Assembly: GCF_036365525.1 (NCBI RefSeq)
Contig: NC_090379.1
Coordinates: forward strand, 93,109,206-93,173,205
Length of the DNA: 64,000 nt
Reading direction: 5' to 3'
DNA from: Heterodontus francisci
Lineage: Eukaryota
The notes under the pieces were generated by a model that had not been told where the DNA came from, ran no database searches, and saw only the letters and a program-made list of their open reading frames with translations. A program made the translations under genes and the position numbers. This document shows positions 1 through 13,300 of this stretch, piece by piece (positions within the stretch are counted from its first letter, which is position 1; each line of letters begins with the position of its first letter).

Positions 1-209
1 AAAAGACAATGTTACCACTTTTTAATTATATGTGACAATGCTGCACCATTCTAATATGGCAAACACCCTTAAGTACTAATGTAGACATGCTCATGTGAAT
101 GTAAAATTCGGAGGTATGTAAACCTAATCACTAAAAAGAATTCCTCTCCAATTGTTGGAATATTGCTGAGGGATAACTCACTTCTAAATAAAGAAAAAAA
201 TCATTTTCG

Positions 210-375
210 GGATGCGGGTGTTGCCAGCTTTTATTCCTCATCCCTAGCTGCTGTTGAGAAGGTGGTAATGGGCCCACTTCTGGAACCACTGCACTCTGTG
301 TGCTGTGTGTTCACAGTGCTGTTACATTGGGAGTTCCAGGATTTTAACCCAATGTCCATGAAGGAAGGGCCAAGT
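210..375 (-). mobile_element. Diverged 3' fragment of the LINE family seen at 23035-24138 and 51405-52954
   Basis: Contains 'ttgagaaggtggtaatg' and 'gggagttccaggatttt', reverse complements of that family's 3' end ('caccaccttctcaag', 'aaattctggaactccc'). Confidence 0.55.
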
Positions 376-580
376 GGAAAGGTGGTGCAATTTTACTGCT
401 ATTCTCACTTGCCGAGCTGTCTCGCCATGCACCTCCTGAATTGGGGTGAAAAATCTATCAAGTGTTTGGCCTGTGACTCTGATGAAATGATTTACAGCAG
501 ATTGCACTTTTTGAAACTTGCTTTTAACCAATTGCAGAAGCATTTGGTACCTCCCTGTTGGCTTGGGCAAGACTGGGTAT

Positions 581-960
581 CAACAACAATGACAGCCTGT
601 ATTTATATAGCACCTGCTACATAGTAAAACTTCCCAAGGCACTTCACAAGAGTGTTATCAAAAAGAAAATTGACACCAAGTCACATAAGGAGATATTAGG
701 GAAGATGATTAAAAGCTTGGTCAAAGAGGTAGGTTTGAAGAAGCGTATTAAAGGAGGAGAGAGAGGGAGAGAGGTGGAGAGGTTTAAGGAGGAAGATCCA
801 GAGTTTAGGACCTAGGCAGCTGAAGGCTCATCCGCCAATGGTGGAGCAATTAAAATCGGGGATGATGAAGTGGCCAGAACTGGAGGAGTGCAGTGATCTC
901 AGAGGACTGTAGGGCTGGAGTAGGTTACAGACATAGGGAGGAATGAGGCCATGGAGGGAT
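581..960 (-). mobile_element. L2-clade LINE 3' end
   Basis: Reverse complement of the recurrent tail 'gtgaag..ccttggga..ttttacta....aaggtgctatataaat..(ttg)n'; matches the + strand copies at 1118-1983 and 16960-18188. Confidence 0.75.
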
Positions 961-1117
961 GAACCTTTCTCTTCCTCCACTGTAACACTACATGTTGGTG
1001 ACCAATGTTCATATCAGTGAGATGCCACAGATTGTACTTTTAGATGACAGAAATAAATGAACACAGTCTGAAACATGCAGATATTAAGCTGAATTTCTGT
1101 TGTTTGAAAGTGCTCTG

Positions 1118-1983
1118 TAACGTTGCCCAACTTCAACCCTGCCTCAGCTCATCTGCTGCCGAAAGCCTCTTCCATGGCTTTGTTATTTCTAGTCTTGACT
1201 ATTCCAAAGGCCTCCTGGCTTGCCTCCCATCTTCCACCCTCCATAAACTTAAGTCCAAAGCTCTGCTGCCTGTAATCTAACACATGCCAAGTCCCAATTA
1301 CCCCTCGACTCGCGGACCTACACTGGCTCTCGGTTCAGCAATTGAATCAATTTAAAAATTCTCATCTGTATTTTCAAGTCCCTCCATGGCCTCGCCCTTC
1401 CTTATCTCTGTAATCTCCTCCAGCCCTACAACCGTTCAAGATGTCTGCGCTCCCCTATTTCTGGCCTCTTGAGCATTCCCGATGTTAATTGTTCCAACAT
1501 TGGGTGTTGTGCCTTCAGCTGCCAAAGCCCTAAACTCTGGAATTTCCTCCCTACACCTCTCTGTCTCACTACATCTCTTTCCTCCTTTAAGACGCTCCTT
1601 AAAACCTACCTACTTGACCAAGCTTTTGGTCATTTGGCCTAATATCTCCTTTTGTGGCTTGGTGTCATACTTTGTTGTATAACCCTTCTGCCAAGCACCT
1701 TGGGATGTTTTACTACATTGAAGGTGCTTTATATGTTGTGATATCACTTTAACAGTTTGAATACTTCACATATCATCACAGGAAGTGATGTCAATCAACA
1801 AATGATAGAGCAGTTGGAGTCGTGTTAATAACCTAGTCACACGTGTATGACAGAGCTCTCTTGTAAACTTGTTACTTCACAATAAAGAAACCATAGTTTA
1901 ATCACCATTCAGCTCAAGATTGTTTGGTACCTTATTGCAGAAGAAAGCAATAATGCAACAATATAAATATAAGTTGTTGTTGT
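1118..1983 (+). mobile_element. L2-clade LINE 3' fragment, tail split by a solo LTR
   Basis: Translates to NVAQLQPCLSSSAAESLFHGFVISSLDYSKGLLACLP (L2 ORF2 C-terminus); the 3' tail resumes at 1961 after the LTR. Confidence 0.8.
1734..1960 (+). mobile_element. Gypsy solo LTR related to the LTRs of the 20600-27903 element
   Basis: TGTTG...CAACA termini, internal AATAAA, shared 'catcacaggaagtgatg' and 'tgtttggtac' blocks, imperfect 5-bp TSD TTATA/ATATA. Confidence 0.8.
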
Positions 1984-2554
1984 AGTATAAGCTTGTTTGT
2001 TCCGCAGATGTCAGTGAGCCGTAGGAAGTTTCCACTCTTGTGGACAAAAATCCCTCACGTCTGAAATCCCACTTACGGTGCACAAAGCTCCTCCCTAGTT
2101 GTGTGAATTTGTAAAATCAACCCTTTCAAATCTTGTCAATAATTTAAAAAGTTGCATTGGCAGTCAGAGCCTGCTAAATAATGTTCTTCTGCACATATCA
2201 GAGCATTAAGCCTTCTCCACCTTCCTTGTGGCACAATCAAACTGGGTGAACATGGGGTATAAAAGTGACATGGAAATACAAGCAGCGTGACTTTAGTGAA
2301 ATATTAAAGCAAGGGCTTAGCAAAATTGGGGCAGCATTCAATTAGCTCATGTATCTCAACCCCATTTGCCTGCCTTTGCAAATTTGTCATTAAAAGATTG
2401 AAAGATTACAAAGGATGCAATGAAAGTTACTATCGAGGAAATGAAGAAGAATTCCGAACAAACCAAAAGTGATGATACCACCTGTCACTGTAAGTCCAAA
2501 AGCACCTGAAATGGCAGCTCAGGAAGTAGCTGTGCCCAGTTTTCATGAGGCCAG

Positions 2555-3392
2555 TGTTACGACCAGGTGAGAAAGGTGTCTAGGGTTCCCTTTTAGAGCC
2601 TTCACCTGGTCTTGCTGTAACAGGGTTTAATTTTAAACACACTGTGCTTTGGGCTCCCCCTTGGTGAATGCTTGTTCACCACTTTCCAATTATAAGGCAC
2701 AAAAATAGCACAAACAGGCTTCCTTAGGTTTAAAGAAGAAAAGTGAAATTTATTAAAACTTAAAATTAAACTCTAATTCAGTTAACACCTACAGACACAC
2801 ACCACACGCCATGCTAGCATGCATATGCGATACGCACATGTAAATTGAGACAGAAAAGAGCAGAAGAAAAATAAAGTACAATAGTTTGAGGCAATCTCTG
2901 AAGAGGGTTTTTTTTTACTGTGCTTTGAGTTCACTGTAGTCCTTGATTGTCGGTTGTCTTGCTTTTCGTTGGGGCCCAGTATTTTTCTTAAACCTGGTTC
3001 ACTGTAGGAGACTTTTCTCTCTTGGGGTTCCTGTGTCTTCAATGGGTCTTCAGTTCCGTGAGAAAGATGAGAGCAGACAGGAGAGAAGTCTTTTCAGTCC
3101 TGAAGCCAAGAGCTTTCTCCATTTTAAACACTCTGTGGCAAGTTCAAATTCAAACAGCCAGTTAGTCATGTGACTAAACTGGTCTGACCAGGTCTTCTGT
3201 GTATTGGAGAAGCAGGGACTGGGACTTTTGTTCAAAAACTGTTTGCTAGTATGCAAAAAAGGTCTTTCTGGCAAGGGGCCTGGCAATTCCTTGTAATAGG
3301 CCCTTTTTTCTTCCCAGCAACATTTTTAAGTTGTTAATATTCATGTGGCGAAATAACGTGTGCCTCATTCTTGGCAGGTGGCCTGCATGACA
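2555..3392 (-). mobile_element. Long solo-LTR-like element
   Basis: TGTTACGAC...CATGACA termini like the 25280-26567 element, AATAAA on the minus strand, (CA)n tract. TSD is poor (CCAG/ATAG). Confidence 0.6.
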
Positions 3393-4717
3393 ATAGGCTT
3401 TTCCTGATCCATCACTAGTGCAATTGCAGGAAAATTGTGTGTCAAGCTATCCAACACTCATTTATATGTAATTTACATTGCTATACCTTCTGAAGGCACA
3501 GCTAGTTGCAGATACCGCAGTAGTCATAGAGGAAGTTTGAGTGCAGCGCTAACTGAGAACAGAAGTGCGGAAAAGAATTGGAGCCCATTTTCCTCTGTGT
3601 CGCACCCATTTTTTGGACACTATTTGTGAGTAGGTTAGAGTAAGATTAACGATAATTACCCCTGATTTTAACTCTGGGTGTGGAGCTAGTGTATAACTGA
3701 CTAGTTTATATGAGGTCAGGTCATTTTAACTCCTGGGTCTCATTTCAATAAGTTACGCCTGACTACTGCCCAAACCCAGCATCCATGATGCTGTATCAGT
3801 GGACAGCAACAAGCAAGTATGGCAGGATACTGCTGCCAAGCACCCACTGGAACAGTCCCTGGCAAAGGTAAATCCGGAAGGGGTGTGGTCTGAGGAGATG
3901 GCGGGAATCCTGGGATAGAAGAGGCCCAATGTTTTTTTGTGGGGCCTAGGGCAGAACTCCCGCTCATTCTGGCGCTCAAGGAAAACTGTAAAACTTTTTG
4001 GTCCTCCTCTAGGTCTGCTGCAACCTGTCGCCAGATTTTCCTGGCAAGTCTGGCACCAGGTACCAACCTCGTTGCCGTAGGTTAGAATGTAGTTGGACCC
4101 TGACTTTTGAATGTTAAAGAGGCCTCCTCCTGTCTGGGCATGGGGTACGTGTGCCATGTGGATCTGGTGAGTACCTGCTGCCTGTGCTTTAACCACCCCT
4201 CAGCTCCCTCTCGTGCCCCCTTCTATAATGTTTCAACAAAAGAAAATATTTCAACCAATTGTACTCGACCTGAACATTAATATTCTTTTCTGGCTCTCCT
4301 ATTTAGTAATAAAGCCTGCTGCCTAACAATATTTCTGAGCCTGCATATCAAAATATTTATGCATTCTTCCAATTCTTGCTCTTTTTATTCACTTGCTCTG
4401 CCCATGCAATGCTTCCTTTCCGCCCACCCATGAACTATCTCAGAACCTATCTATTCAACCATGACTTTGATCAATCTCCAACTCCTCACTCGCAGTTTTA
4501 CTGCCATGAAACATCTTGGGAAGTTTTTCTATGTTAAACTGCAAGTAGTAGTGATAGTCCTTGTTCCTTCTCCTGAGTCTGTTCACCCTATCTTCTTGCA
4601 CCCCTCCCCTCCCCCACATTTAGTTAGCTCCTGTCCTTCCATTTTTTGTCCTTCAGTTTTGATGGAGATAAGTGCTTAATATTCCTTGTACCCATCTATA
4701 TGACCTGGTCAGACCTG

Positions 4718-5074
4718 TGTGATGGTTTCTTGCTGGTAGCTGAACAACTTTAATTTGCATTGCAGGATGCCCCAAGGTTTTCAATCAGCAGTGGGCCGGG
4801 TGAGCCTTGTATCCCTAGGACATACTGGCGAAATTAACAGATGGCCGTCCAGAATCCCTCCTGTGTGACATTCACACAATGGGTGAGGAGAGCCCCCTTT
4901 ACCTATTCACAGTGGCAGGAGCGGGGTGTAGATCTGGTGTGCAGCCAGTTGAGTGAACTGGTGTCATGTACTGGGTCTTGAAAGTGGATGTTGCAAACAA
5001 TTCTGCTTCGTGCTTTGTGCCTGATTGAAATAAACTCTGGGTCTATAGCCCAAGGTGTTCTTCGCCTCATAACA
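4718..5074 (+). mobile_element. Possible solo LTR
   Basis: TGTGATG...CATAACA termini, AATAAA near 5029, followed by TGGTACCA (PBS-like). No TSD found. Confidence 0.4.
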
Positions 5075-5363
5075 TGGTACCAATTTGTTCATTACAAATT
5101 GATAATATTTAAAGATGTATTAGCTTCTGACAAGGATGGAGTTTGCTGTTAGCAATAACAGTTGCAGTGACTTTAACATTCAAAGCGTTTGATGAAGATA
5201 GCCTTAGTTATTTATTACTGGCAGTGTTTTCTCAATGCCAGCTCATCTCATCTGATTGCTTGTGCAAAGATCTAATTATGTTATTACTGCTATCCCTGAG
5301 AAATGACCTGATGGAAATCTGGCCCATTGCTGGTGGCAGTTCTACAGTTTGTGCACAACATGC

Positions 5364-5965
5364 AATGAAATTTAATGCACAAAAGTGTAAAATGATTCAT
5401 TTTTGTAGGAGGAACGTGGAGAGACAATATAAAATAAAGGGTACAGTTCTAAAGCAGTTGCAGGAGAAGAGGGATCTGGGTGTATATGTGCATAACTCAT
5501 TGAAGGTGGCAGGACACGTTGAGAGAGTGGTTAATAGAGCATATATATAATATAGATAGAGGACTGGTTAACAGACAGGAAGCAAAGAGTGGGCATAAAC
5601 TGGGCATTTTCAAGTTGGCAGGCAGTGAATAGTGGAGTACCGCAAGGATCAGTGCTGAGGCCTCAGCTAGTTACAATTTATATTAATGACTTAAATGAAG
5701 AGACAGAGAGTAATGTGTCTAAATTTGCTGATGATACAAAGCTCGGTGGAAAGGTAAGCTGTGGAGAGGACACAAGCTGCAAAGAGATATAGACAGGTTA
5801 AGTGAGTGGGCAACAAGATGGCAGATGGAGTATAATGTAGGGAAGTGTGAAGTTATTCACTTTGGTTGTAAGAATAGAAAAGCAGAATATTTTAAAAAGG
5901 TGTGAAACTTATAAGTGCTGATGTTCAGAGACTTGGGTGTGCTTGTACAAGGAACGCAAAAAGTA
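5364..5965 (+). mobile_element. Two abutting CR1 LINE RT fragments
   Basis: MKFNAQKCKMIHF...EKRDLGVYVH, then SGVPQGSVLRPQLVTIYINDL...SKFADDTKLGG. Frameshifted. Confidence 0.85.
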
Positions 5966-6357
5966 AGCAGAATCTAAGAAACATGCTGCAATGTGTTGCA
6001 AATGCTTGTAATGGGCTCCTCCCAGTACTCTGTCACCTCAACCTTAAGCATGGAAACTCTCTTCACTGCCCACACCCAAATCATTGTCCTTTTGAAGAGT
6101 GCACACCTGAAATCTGGGTCGCTAGGCTCCTCAGCCGAGGGCAATCATTTCTCTACCTTCTATGGAAAGCCACCAATAAATGCATATACTTTATCTACAA
6201 CTACATCTTGCTATCATGTCTACCCTTTCTGCCACCTACCTTACCTGCCCACTTAAGGCTATCTTCCACTGCCAGGTCCTGATGCTCACCAGTGGTTGGT
6301 GCTTCACCCAGTGATACCCCTCCTGACTGACAAACTAGTTCTTCTTGAGTGGGTATC

Positions 6358-7598
6358 TCTGATGTAACTCGTATAATAGATAAGGGAGAATCAGTGGATG
6401 TGGTGTATTTGGACTTTCAGAAGGCTTTCGATAAGGTCCCACATAAGAAATTAGCGTGCAAAATTAAAGCACATGGGATTGGGGGTAAGGTACTGACATG
6501 GATAGAGAACTGGTTGGCAGACAGGAAACAAAGAGTAGGAATAAATGGGTCTTTTTCCAAGTGGCAGGCAGTGACTAGTGGGGTACCGCAGGGATCAGCT
6601 AGGACCCCAGCTATTCAGAATATACAATAAATATATAGAAGAGGGAATTAAATGTAATATATCCAGGTTTGCAGGTGGCACAAAGCTGGGTGGGAGTGTG
6701 AGCTGTGAGGAGGAAGCAGAGAAGTTCCAGTGTGATTTGGATAGGTTGTGTGAGTGGGCAAATACATGGCAGATGTAGTATAATGTGGATAAATGTGAGG
6801 TTATCCACTTTGGTGGCAAACACAGAAAGGCAGATTATTATCTGAATGGTGATAGATTGGGAAAGAGGGAGGTGCAGTGAGACCTGTGTGTCCTTGTGCA
6901 CTAGTTGCTGAAAGTAAGCATGCAGGTGCAGCAGGCAGTTAAGAAGGCAAATGGTATGTTGGCCTTCTTGGCGAGAGGATTTGAGTACAGGAGCAGGGAT
7001 GTCTTGCTGAAGTTATACAAGGCCTTGGTGAGATCACATCTGGAGTATTGTGTGCAGTTTTAGTCTCCTTATCTGAGGAAGGATGTTCTTGCCATGGAGG
7101 GAGTGCAGCGAAGGTTCATCAGACTGATTCCTGGGATGGCAGGACTGACGTATGAAGAGAGATTGGGTCGATTAGGCTTGTATTTGCTAGAGTTTAGAGG
7201 AATGAGAGGGGATCTCATAGAAACCTACAAAATCCTAGCAGGACTGGACAGACTAGATGCAGGAAGGATGTTCCCGATGGCGGGGGAGTCCAGGACCGGG
7301 GTCACAATCCAAGGATAAGCAGTAAGCCGTTTAGGACTGAGATGAGGAGGGATTTCTTCACCCAGGGAGTGGGGAACTTGTGGAATTCTCTACCACAGAA
7401 AGCAGTTGAGGCCAAATCATTAAATATATTCAAGAAAGAGTTAGATATAGTTCTTAGGGCTAAAGGAATCAAGGGATACGGGGAGAAAGCGGGAACAGGA
7501 TACTGAGTTTGGACAATCAGCCATGTTCGTATTGAATGGTGGTGCAGGCTCAAAGGGCCGAATGGCCTACTCCTGCTCCTATTTTCCAAGTTTCTATG
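6358..7598 (+). mobile_element. CR1 LINE, 5'-truncated (RT to 3' UTR)
   Basis: VDVVYLDFQKAFDKVPH, SGVPQGS, EGVQRRFIRLIPG, RGDLIETYKIL; 3' hairpin 'gggccgaatggcctactcctgctcct' and 'ttctatgt' tail. Several stops and frameshifts. Confidence 0.92.
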
Positions 7599-8999
7599 TG
7601 CTGCTTGGGCAGGTAAGATGTAATGAGGAAATTGGTGAGGATGTAGCAACAGTTGTGGAACTGGGTGTGGCAGCAGCTCTGGATCCAGAAGTGCCCAGAT
7701 CGTCATCGGCATGTCTTGCCTTTTCCTTCAACGGGACCCTGGTCATGTCAAAAACAGAAGAGCTGGATTAGCTTCCATGCCCAGCGGACATACACCTACC
7801 CTTTGGCATAGATTTTATGAGCTTGATCTGAACTGTAACTTCCACAGTGATCTGTTCAGAGACCTATTCGCTGCTGGTGCAGAAAGGGATGTTATTGTGG
7901 GACCTGAGCCCCCAATATTCTGACTCTGAGGGCAAGTGACTGACACCAGTAATGTGTATCGGTAACTGAAACTGTGTTAACCTTTTCTACTTTTTGAACC
8001 AGGCTTGGGCTCTGAGAATTTGATTTCCTATTATGGACTTAGCCTCTTTGTGTTTACACTCATATGCAGCACTTGAAGGTAGTTTGGCGGGCTGAGTTGC
8101 TGCTCGGTTAAATGCTTGGACTGCATCAACTTTCAATCAGCACTGCATTTCCTCTAAGTCGTCTCAGAATGACCCCGCAATATTTTATTTGCAGACTTTT
8201 AAAAATGCAAATATACATGATTTCACGGTATGCCAGTTATTTTAGAGACCTGACTGGTTGAACATTGACCCAGCACTTTTGTAAATCCATTTTATATGAC
8301 ATTACTATGTATGAACTTACATATGATGTGAAGTGTGATCTCTCTAGTTTGATTATACCATTAGAAAACTGCAGTTACATTTCTCAGCATCTATCCTATA
8401 CATAAAATACTGGCAGACCTACAACCATGTATTAGTCCATATGCTGAACTATAAACCCAGCCCATGAGGGCCAATAGCACCAACTGAGCACAGATTACAT
8501 GCTGGGCAGTGTAGAAAATTTACAATTACCATAGATGTCGACATCAGTTATGAGGAAAGGGAGAGCTCACACTTCAAGTCCCGTGCAAACTAATCTTGGT
8601 TTAATATCATTATTTGATTCACCAACTTAAAACAATATTGCAGTGCTTTACCTTGGTGCTATCCTATTGGTTTGGGACTTATTGCACCCTGGTTTGAGCA
8701 TAAAGTTGGCATGCAGTTGCCAACATAGTGTACCAGTCTCATGCTGTTTCAGCTGCAGCGCAACAACTGAAATTGACTCAAAGTGAATGGACCCCAGTCA
8801 ATTTCTTTACAGGCCTATCTCCAAGCTCACTTTACCAGAGCAGGTAGTCTGGTGCCAGTGATAAAGGTGATATGCGTGTAGCTGGAAGAAATGAGCCAAT
8901 TGCACTGAGTTCTCTGGCTCCATTAGACAGTGAAAGTGCTTCACAGCACACCCAACAGTTTTGGATGTTAAGTGAACTGACGCTTCCTTTGCTCCACTG

Positions 9000-9217
9000 T
9001 TGTGGGCCGTCCCTTAAGCTGCCGTGGCCCTAAACTCTGCAATTCCCTCTATTAACATCTCTGTCTCTCCACCCCTCTCCCATTCTTTAAGACATGCCTT
9101 AAGAATTCCCTCTTTAACCAAGCTTTTAGTGACCTTAATATCTCCTTCCTTGGCTTGGCCTCAACTTGTGAAGCACCTTGAGATGTTAAAGCTGCTGTAT
9201 AAATATAAGTTGTTGCT
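9000..9217 (+). mobile_element. L2 LINE 3' tail fragment
   Basis: 'ccctaaactctg..attccctc' ... 'gtgaagcaccttg' ... 'tataaatataagttgttg' tail. Confidence 0.65.
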
Positions 9218-9284
9218 CATGTTTAAACATCACTTTGTTCCTGAGGAATTGGTGTTAACTGTGTACTTACAAAAAAGTGATTAT

Positions 9285-9886
9285 TGACAATGCAGCCGGC
9301 AGCTGACATCATCAGGATGCGCACATGCGCAGATTGGCTCCTACTTGCTGTGCATGCCTTGTGTTCCGCATTGCCAAGACTGATTGGCGCAGGCGCATCA
9401 TCATCGCGTAACACGGGCAGAGAGCGGGGGTGGGGGAAGCGGGAGAACACGGCCGAAGACCTTGGTGGTGGCGGGTGCAGTCTTCTCCTCCTCCCCATTC
9501 CACTCGCATCCCTCCTGCCCGCTCGCTCCCCCACCCCCGCCCGCTTGCTCCCTGACCCCTGCCCGCTCGCTCCTCCACCACCGCCTGCTTACTCCCCCGC
9601 CCCCCCACTCGCTTGTTCCCCCATCCCCGCCCACTCACTCACTCCCTCCAGTCGTTGTGCGCTGCCATGTGTTTAGGTTGCCTTCGTGTGATTATTTGAG
9701 CAGCGCCATCTTTAGTCCTGGCAGCTGCCTGATGTCGCAGACTGTGATTATACCATTAGAAAACTGCATACATTTCTCAGCATCTATCCTGTACATAAAA
9801 TACTGGCAGACCTACAGCAGGCTTTATTTGTGCATGTGCCACTGCAGCGCCACCTAGTGGTTGCATTGTCAGCAAACGCAGTCATT
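9285..9886. mobile_element. GC-rich non-autonomous insert(s) with inverted TGACAATGCA(G/A)CC motifs; superfamily unassigned
   Basis: tgacaatgcagcc (9285-9297) and ggttgcattgtca (9859-9871) are inverted repeats; C-rich low-complexity core at 9500-9650; GTGATTAT direct repeat at 9277-9284 and 9744-9751. Confidence 0.5.
9844..9860 (-). promoter_or_regulatory. CTCF core consensus motif
   Basis: Minus strand reads CCACTAGGTGGCGCTGC, matching CCASYAGRKGGCRS. Motif match only; binding is not shown. Confidence 0.45.
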
Positions 9887-10009
9887 TACAACCAGTGCAT
9901 GTGCATGCCTCAGTCAGCCAATGAGCACTTCTCCAACCTCCCTCCCCACCAAAAGAAAGTAATTGGATTATTAGACCAAGATGCCGTGTGCCGATTCTGG
10001 TGATTTGAG

Positions 10010-10250
10010 GGGCTAATAAAGATTCCATTGCACTTTTCAAAGAACCAGGAATTCTCCTGGTGTCCCGATCCTCATTTCTACCTATGACACTGCCACCAAA
10101 AAGCAGGTTTCATTGTCATTGCTATTTGTGGGATCATTCTGTATGCAAAATGGCTGCTGCACATTCCTACACAACACGAGCCACCAGCCTTCAAACTGAG
10201 TCATTGTACGTGAAGCGTTTTGAGAGATGTTGTAATAAGAAGCCTTTGTT
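10010..10250 (+). mobile_element. Diverged DeuSINE (SacSINE1-like) fragment
   Basis: 'aaagattccattgcact', 'cattgctatttgtgggatc', 'aaatggctgctgcacattcctac' match the better copy at 35285-35684. Confidence 0.6.
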
Positions 10251-11454
10251 TTTACATAAAGAGGAAAAATTTAATAAGAAACATCACATTCTTTTGAAAG
10301 GGTACCTACTTGGAAGGGAGTTTCTTGCATTTGAAAGATCAAAGTTGAAGTTAAGAACTGTCATGAGGGTGTGGGGGAGAATCTATTGCCAAAAATAAAA
10401 GTTAAACAACAGAACACTGAATTTGCAACAGTGCTGATCTGAGGGATGTCAGTTTTTACCTGGAGAGGGAAGTGATAGTGGTTTCTCCACTAGACCAACC
10501 GAGTGGGCAAAAGAGCTGGACCAGAAGAGGACCATGAAGACAAGTTTTTAATTTCTTTCTTTTAATGCTCCAAGGAAAGTTTCGTTCTCATTTAACCTGG
10601 GTTCCTCTTTCCTGAACCTCCTTCCAACCATTTACCTGAGTGCAGGGACAGCTCCTTCAAACTCGGGCAGTGGCCCCCGGTGCACAACATTGAGCTCCTG
10701 AAGCCACTTCTCGTTGGTTTCACGACTCCCGGCCCAAGTTAAAATCTGTAGCTGTCAGCACTCACCTAGCTTGTGTGAAATACATGGGTTGTCCTCCCAA
10801 TAGTGTGCTGTCAGAACACCGACTTAACATGTCGAGCAGTGACCTCTTACATTACAGGACAAGAGTGACGGTGAGGCTTCCTGAGGAATTTGTGTACTTG
10901 ACTTAGCAGTGCTATACAATGAGCACACAGGAAGCACTCATCAAAAATGCAATCTTTTCTGATCTACCACACTCTTCAAAAGCCCATTGTTTACCATCTA
11001 TGGGTGCATTCACACTACCAGCTTAGCATGGTTAGAAAGTGATTGTCACTTTGCACCAACACTAAACTGGCAGTGTAACTCTGAAACTCAGGCTCAATCT
11101 CATGCTGGAGTGAAGCAGCACCAGATTCCTATGAGAGGGGTAGTCTCACACTGCTACGGTTTGACACTGTGTGAAGTGAGATGTTAAACCTGGTTTACAA
11201 AGCACTCGGACGGTCCTCTGAACCTCCGAGGCAATTTGCAGACAAAACAAACCTCAATTTAAATGTCCAGAGAATAGGTATTTCCCCTCCTAGCAAGCTA
11301 AACTTTTATATTTGTAACAGGCTAGGAGAGAGCTCCACCCAGCCTGTATCCAGGCAGCACAGGGGCCACTCCTAGCCAAGATCCCTACAGTTCCAGCCAG
11401 GCAGGAGGATACAAGGTGGGTAATAATCAAACAACAGAGCAATCTATCTTCAGT

Positions 11455-12321
11455 CCCCCTCTTATTTCTCACTTACAAGCTGCATCTTGGCGACAACATC
11501 CGAAAACACGTCGGGTTCCATATGTACTCTGATGACACCCAGTTCTACCTCATCATCGCCTCTCTCGATCCCTCCTGTGTCTGAATTGTCATCTTGCTTG
11601 TCCAACATCAAGTGTTGGATGAGCAGAAATTTCCTCCAAATAGATAATGTTTTCAGTCCCTGCCACAAACTGTTCCCTGACCATCAACTCTATTTCTGGT
11701 TACTGTCTGAGACCGAACTGGATAATTCACAACCTTGGTGTCATATATGACCCTCAGCTACACTTCTGACCCCATGTCCTCTCCACTGCAAAGACCACCT
11801 ACTTCTACTTCAATAATATTGCCCTTATTAGCCCCTGTCTCAGCTCACCCACTGCTGAAACCCTCATCCATGCCTTTGTTACCCCCAGACTCCACTATTC
11901 CAATGCTCCCCTGGCCTTCCGCATTCCATAAACTTATTCAAAATTCTGCTGCCTGTGTCCTAACTTGCACCAAGTCCCACTCGCCCATCACTCCTGTGCT
12001 TGCTGACTAATATTAGCTCCTGGTATGGCAATTGCCTCAGTTTTAAAATTATTATCCCTCTGTTCAATCCCTTCCTGCCCTTGCTCCTCCCTATCTCTGT
12101 AACCTCCTCCAGTCCTGTAGCCTCAGAGATCGCTGCACTCCTCCAATTATTGCACAGCCCTGATTTCCTGTGGTTCACCATTGGCGGCCATGCTTTCAGC
12201 TGCTGAGGCACTAACCTCTGGAATTCCCTCCCTGAACCTTTCCACTTCTCTACCTCTCCCTCCTTTAATTTGTTCCTTTAAAACCATCTCTTTGAATACG
12301 TTTCTTGTTACCTGTCCTAAT
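11455..12321 (+). mobile_element. L2 LINE 3' fragment
   Basis: GFHMYSDDTQFY-like RT motif near 11514-11548, SSCLSNIKCWMSRNFLQ, HKLIQNSAACVLT...ITPVLAD. Cut off by a MITE at 12322. Confidence 0.8.
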
Positions 12322-12634
12322 GGCTGGAATTTTACTCCTCTCCCACCCCACCCCCACAGGGGTGGGGGGGTGGGGGGGTTGTCTAGAATCGAGTGGGAGG
12401 CGGGGTTGCCGTTCCTGTCACCTATCCGCCCCCAATGCCATTTTACCAGCTGCAGGGGAGCTGGAAAACGGCCCACCCACCCCAGGCCAATTAAGGCCCT
12501 TAAACGGTCAATTAATTGCCACTTACGGGCTTCCTGGTATATTACCAGCAGCAGCTGGGCACTTTGTCACCTTGGGAGGCCGCCCAGTAAAACCAGGCAG
12601 CCTCCTTGCAGGCTGGGGGGGGCCTTCTGATCAG
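12322..12634. mobile_element. One-ended PIF/Harbinger-type MITE
   Basis: Starts 'ggctggaattttac', similar to the TIRs at 41436 and 62036; GC-rich; second TIR absent, and the sequence joins directly to the Myc zipper. Confidence 0.6.
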
Positions 12635-12637
12635 ACA

Positions 12638-13299
<662 letters not shown>

Positions 13300-13300
<1 letters not shown>

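Noticed and set aside
163-624. 153-aa ORF
   Set aside because: Overlaps a decayed antisense LINE fragment and has no protein motif I recognise.
3740-4196. Two minus-strand ORFs of 108 and 147 aa
   Set aside because: No recognisable domain or splice structure; probably an unclassified GC-rich repeat.
9223-9857. Overlapping Pro/Gly-rich ORFs or a CpG-island first exon
   Set aside because: They come from C-rich low-complexity sequence inside an insert and show no recognisable domain.
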